Below the pieces are notes generated by a model. The model was not told the origin of the DNA. It saw nothing but the letters and a program-made list of their open reading frames with translations, and made no database searches. Below, piece by piece: positions 25,707-27,657 of a stretch of 27,657 nt of DNA (position 1 is the stretch's first letter; each line of letters starts with the position of its first letter). The translations under genes were made by a program, and so were the position numbers. Origin of the DNA: a virus (lineage: Duplodnaviria > Heunggongvirae > Uroviricota > Caudoviricetes); IMG/VR virus record IMGVR_UViG_2703718778_000008; one strand, 5' to 3'.

Positions 25707-26045
25707 TTAGATGGCTGGCAGATCTCCGCCAGCGCCGTAGATAAACAGAATTCGCTTCATGATTTCGCTGCGCTTACAGGCTTCGATGACTGATTTTTCC
25801 TGTTGCCATTCTGCCCGTTGCGCCAGCTCCAGTCGTTCCTTTTCCGTTAGCTTCCGGTAATGCGTTATCTTGTCCGTGTACCCGTCCACAACCAGCAGCC
25901 CTTCGCGTACCATCTTCCCGGCGGCCTGATTAATGATGGTCCTTTTCACGCCCAGTTTTTCAACCAGCTCTGGTGCGCTGAAGCGTGCGTGCGTTTCCAG
26001 GTAGCGTAAAATGATTACCTTTCCGGTCATTCTGGGTGTCTTCAT
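25707..26045 (-). CDS. Putative winged-helix DNA-binding protein (about 112 aa)
   Basis: ...ILRYLETHARFSAPELVEKLGVKRTIINQAAGKMVREGLLVV... looks like a wHTH. Start set at the internal ATG that overlaps the upstream stop (ATGA). Confidence 0.4.
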   Translation of the reverse strand: MKTPRMTGKVIILRYLETHARFSAPELVEKLGVKRTIINQAAGKMVREGLLVVDGYTDKITHYRKLTEKERLELAQRAEWQQEKSVIEACKRSEIMKRILFIYGAGGDLPAI

Positions 26046-26212
26046 TTGGCGGCTCCTTCGTTGTTCCGGCGTTCGCGGAGTTCGGTCAGTGCTGCCAGTA
26101 AATTTTCCCACCATGTTTCTTCCACAACCGGATTTCGTCGTGAAAGCAGCTGCTGCGCCGACTCAATCATTTTCGTAAGCTCTTTGTCGCTGATCCTCCT
26201 GATGTCGTTCAT
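26042..26212 (-). CDS. Small hypothetical protein (56 aa)
   Basis: Internal ATG preceded by AAGGAG 7 nt upstream: MNDIRRISDKELTKMIESAQQLL... Confidence 0.4.
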   Translation of the reverse strand: MNDIRRISDKELTKMIESAQQLLSRRNPVVEETWWENLLAALTELRERRNNEGAAK

Positions 26213-26260
26213 GGTGTGCTCCTTCGGTTTGCTGTTTCTGGTCATGTTCATGGTCTTTTG

Positions 26261-26665
26261 TTACCTGCGTGATTGCCTGCTGGCGGCCGAATGCACATAG
26301 CGGACAATTGCCGCTTTTCGGTTAACGACGGCCAGCGTTCTTGCCAGTTCTTCGTTGAGTTTTCTGGTCTGTTTTTCGTGGTATGCCTGCATGATTTTTC
26401 CTACGGGAGTCAGTGGTTCAGGCTCTGATATGGCGCGACGAGGGCGCACGGCAACGATGAATGCGCTTCTGTCGGTGTTGATTCTTGCAGTCAGGATGTC
26501 GGTCATAACGGTGTCTGTGCTGCGATCGGGACTGGCGATCGTGATTTCCAGTTCGTCGCCTGGCTGCGGTCGAACACTGACGCCGCTCAGTGTCAGTGCC
26601 GGAATGCGTGCGTTCATGATGGTGCTGAAATCATGGCGCTGGAGTACGCAATGGAATCGTGTCAT
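26261..26665 (-). CDS. Hypothetical protein (134 aa) translationally coupled to gene A
   Basis: ATG overlaps the stop of A (ATGA) with GGAGG upstream; no motif recognised. Occupies the position of P2 orf91. Confidence 0.5.
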   Translation of the reverse strand: MTRFHCVLQRHDFSTIMNARIPALTLSGVSVRPQPGDELEITIASPDRSTDTVMTDILTARINTDRSAFIVAVRPRRAISEPEPLTPVGKIMQAYHEKQTRKLNEELARTLAVVNRKAAIVRYVHSAASRQSRR

Positions 26666-27657
26666 GGGTTAACCTCCGGTTGATCTGCTGCCACCAGGCT
26701 TCGTGATTTTTCATCCCAGTGCACAATCCGCCCGTCAGGCAGGCGAACGCGTGCACCTCTGTGTACGGAAAGTGCTGCGCCACTGTGTAGCTCCTCGCCC
26801 GTCGTGCTCAGTGCCGACTTGATTACGGTGGTGGTGACGTCAGTCAGCGGCAATGCTGTACGCACATGTATGACGTCATCGGGCGTGGTGGGGCCGCCGG
26901 TTTTCACGGTTTTTGTGTCAGATGGCGCATCTTTCAGCTGCCTGGTGAGTTGTTTTCTCTCTGTGGGGGTCAGTGACCTTAACCATTCGCTCAAATCACC
27001 TTCCGGGATGGTCAGTTTTTGTTCTTTCCTGGTTTCCGGTGGTGGGGTTTTACCCTCTCCGGTGTCTGTTTTTTCATCATGGGGACAGTTATTGCCACGA
27101 GTCCAAGGTGCGGCGAAGCCGCCCCCAACGTCAAAATCCTCGTCCGTGCTGTTGTCGGCTTTCGCTTCTTTTCTGACCAGTTTCCACTCGTCCGGATGGG
27201 TGCAGATGGTGTAGCGCTCGCCGAGCGACGGGGCACAAATTCCGTAGATGCGCTGCGGGAATTCGCCGTAGTCGTTGGCCTCATCTGCGGTTTCGTATGC
27301 GGTGCGGATCAGGTACAGGTTGCGCGGAATGAGCACGCCGCCCTGACGGTTGATGTAGGTGGCAAAACACCCCACGTCAGCGGCGGCCAGAATGGCGTCA
27401 ATATGGTCATGGTCCAGGCGCTTCGGTGATGCGGGGTTACGCTCCATTTGTCCGGCAAGGCGGCGGAGTTCACGCCATACCTGGCGGGGCGGGATACCGA
27501 AGAACTGGAACTGCCGGATGCGGTGGAGACTCGCCCAGGCAATGGCGTTTTCCACGGTTTCCGCCATGGTTTTTCCCGCTTCTTTATCGGCGTAAGGTTT
27601 GCCGGTTTTCGGGTCATTGTCGTGAAAGGTGCTGGCGTCCAGGTTCTTGCCAATATA
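26662..27657 (-). CDS. A: Replication initiation protein A (rolling-circle endonuclease), 3' portion only; 5' end lies beyond the window
   Basis: The minus-strand frame is open from the window edge (no stop in 27568-27657) and continues through the track ORF 26662-27567. Assignment rests mainly on synteny and size; no HUH or tyrosine motif falls in this part. Confidence 0.55.
   Translation of the reverse strand, partial: YIGKNLDASTFHDNDPKTGKPYADKEAGKTMAETVENAIAWASLHRIRQFQFFGIPPRQVWRELRRLAGQMERNPASPKRLDHDHIDAILAAADVGCFATYINRQGGVLIPRNLYLIRTAYETADEANDYGEFPQRIYGICAPSLGERYTICTHPDEWKLVRKEAKADNSTDEDFDVGGGFAAPWTRGNNCPHDEKTDTGEGKTPPPETRKEQKLTIPEGDLSEWLRSLTPTERKQLTRQLKDAPSDTKTVKTGGPTTPDDVIHVRTALPLTDVTTTVIKSALSTTGEELHSGAALSVHRGARVRLPDGRIVHWDEKSRSLVAADQPEVNP

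Noticed and set aside
1-27657. tRNA gene at the prophage boundary, integrase, transposase/IS element, CRISPR array
   Set aside because: No cloverleaf-like sequence seen in the first 300 nt, no integrase or transposase-like ORF in the track, and no regularly spaced repeat-spacer array. The integrase end of the prophage is presumably beyond the right edge of the window.

Overview
Nearly the whole window is a P2-like (Peduovirus-type) prophage in an enterobacterial-type, moderately GC-rich background. Left to right: a possible host/prophage boundary with a strong hairpin terminator; a Hok/Gef-like small toxin ORF; ogr and tail gene D on the minus strand; the tail sheath/tube/chaperone/tape-measure/U block (FI-FII-E/E'-T-U) on the plus strand, which is inverted relative to canonical P2 order; then on the minus strand tail fibre G-H, baseplate I-J-W-V, tail completion S-R, a large DUF1737/sialate-O-acetylesterase-like cargo gene, the lysis cassette (lysC/lysB nested spanins, endolysin K, holin Y, X) and head genes L-M-N-O; divergent terminase P and portal Q on the plus strand; a roughly 1.8 kb accessory hotspot with two unassigned genes, 10-bp periodic repeats and a leader-peptide/terminator element; and four small early-region genes followed by the 3' part of replication gene A, which runs off the window edge. 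Gene calls rest on my reading of the supplied translations against remembered P2 proteins and on start-codon/RBS inspection; no database search was run. The best candidates for something undescribed are the two hotspot genes (23588-24091 and especially the AT-rich membrane-anchored gene at 24806-25309 with its upstream leader ORF and terminator). No rRNA, tRNA, CRISPR array, integrase or transposase was seen.
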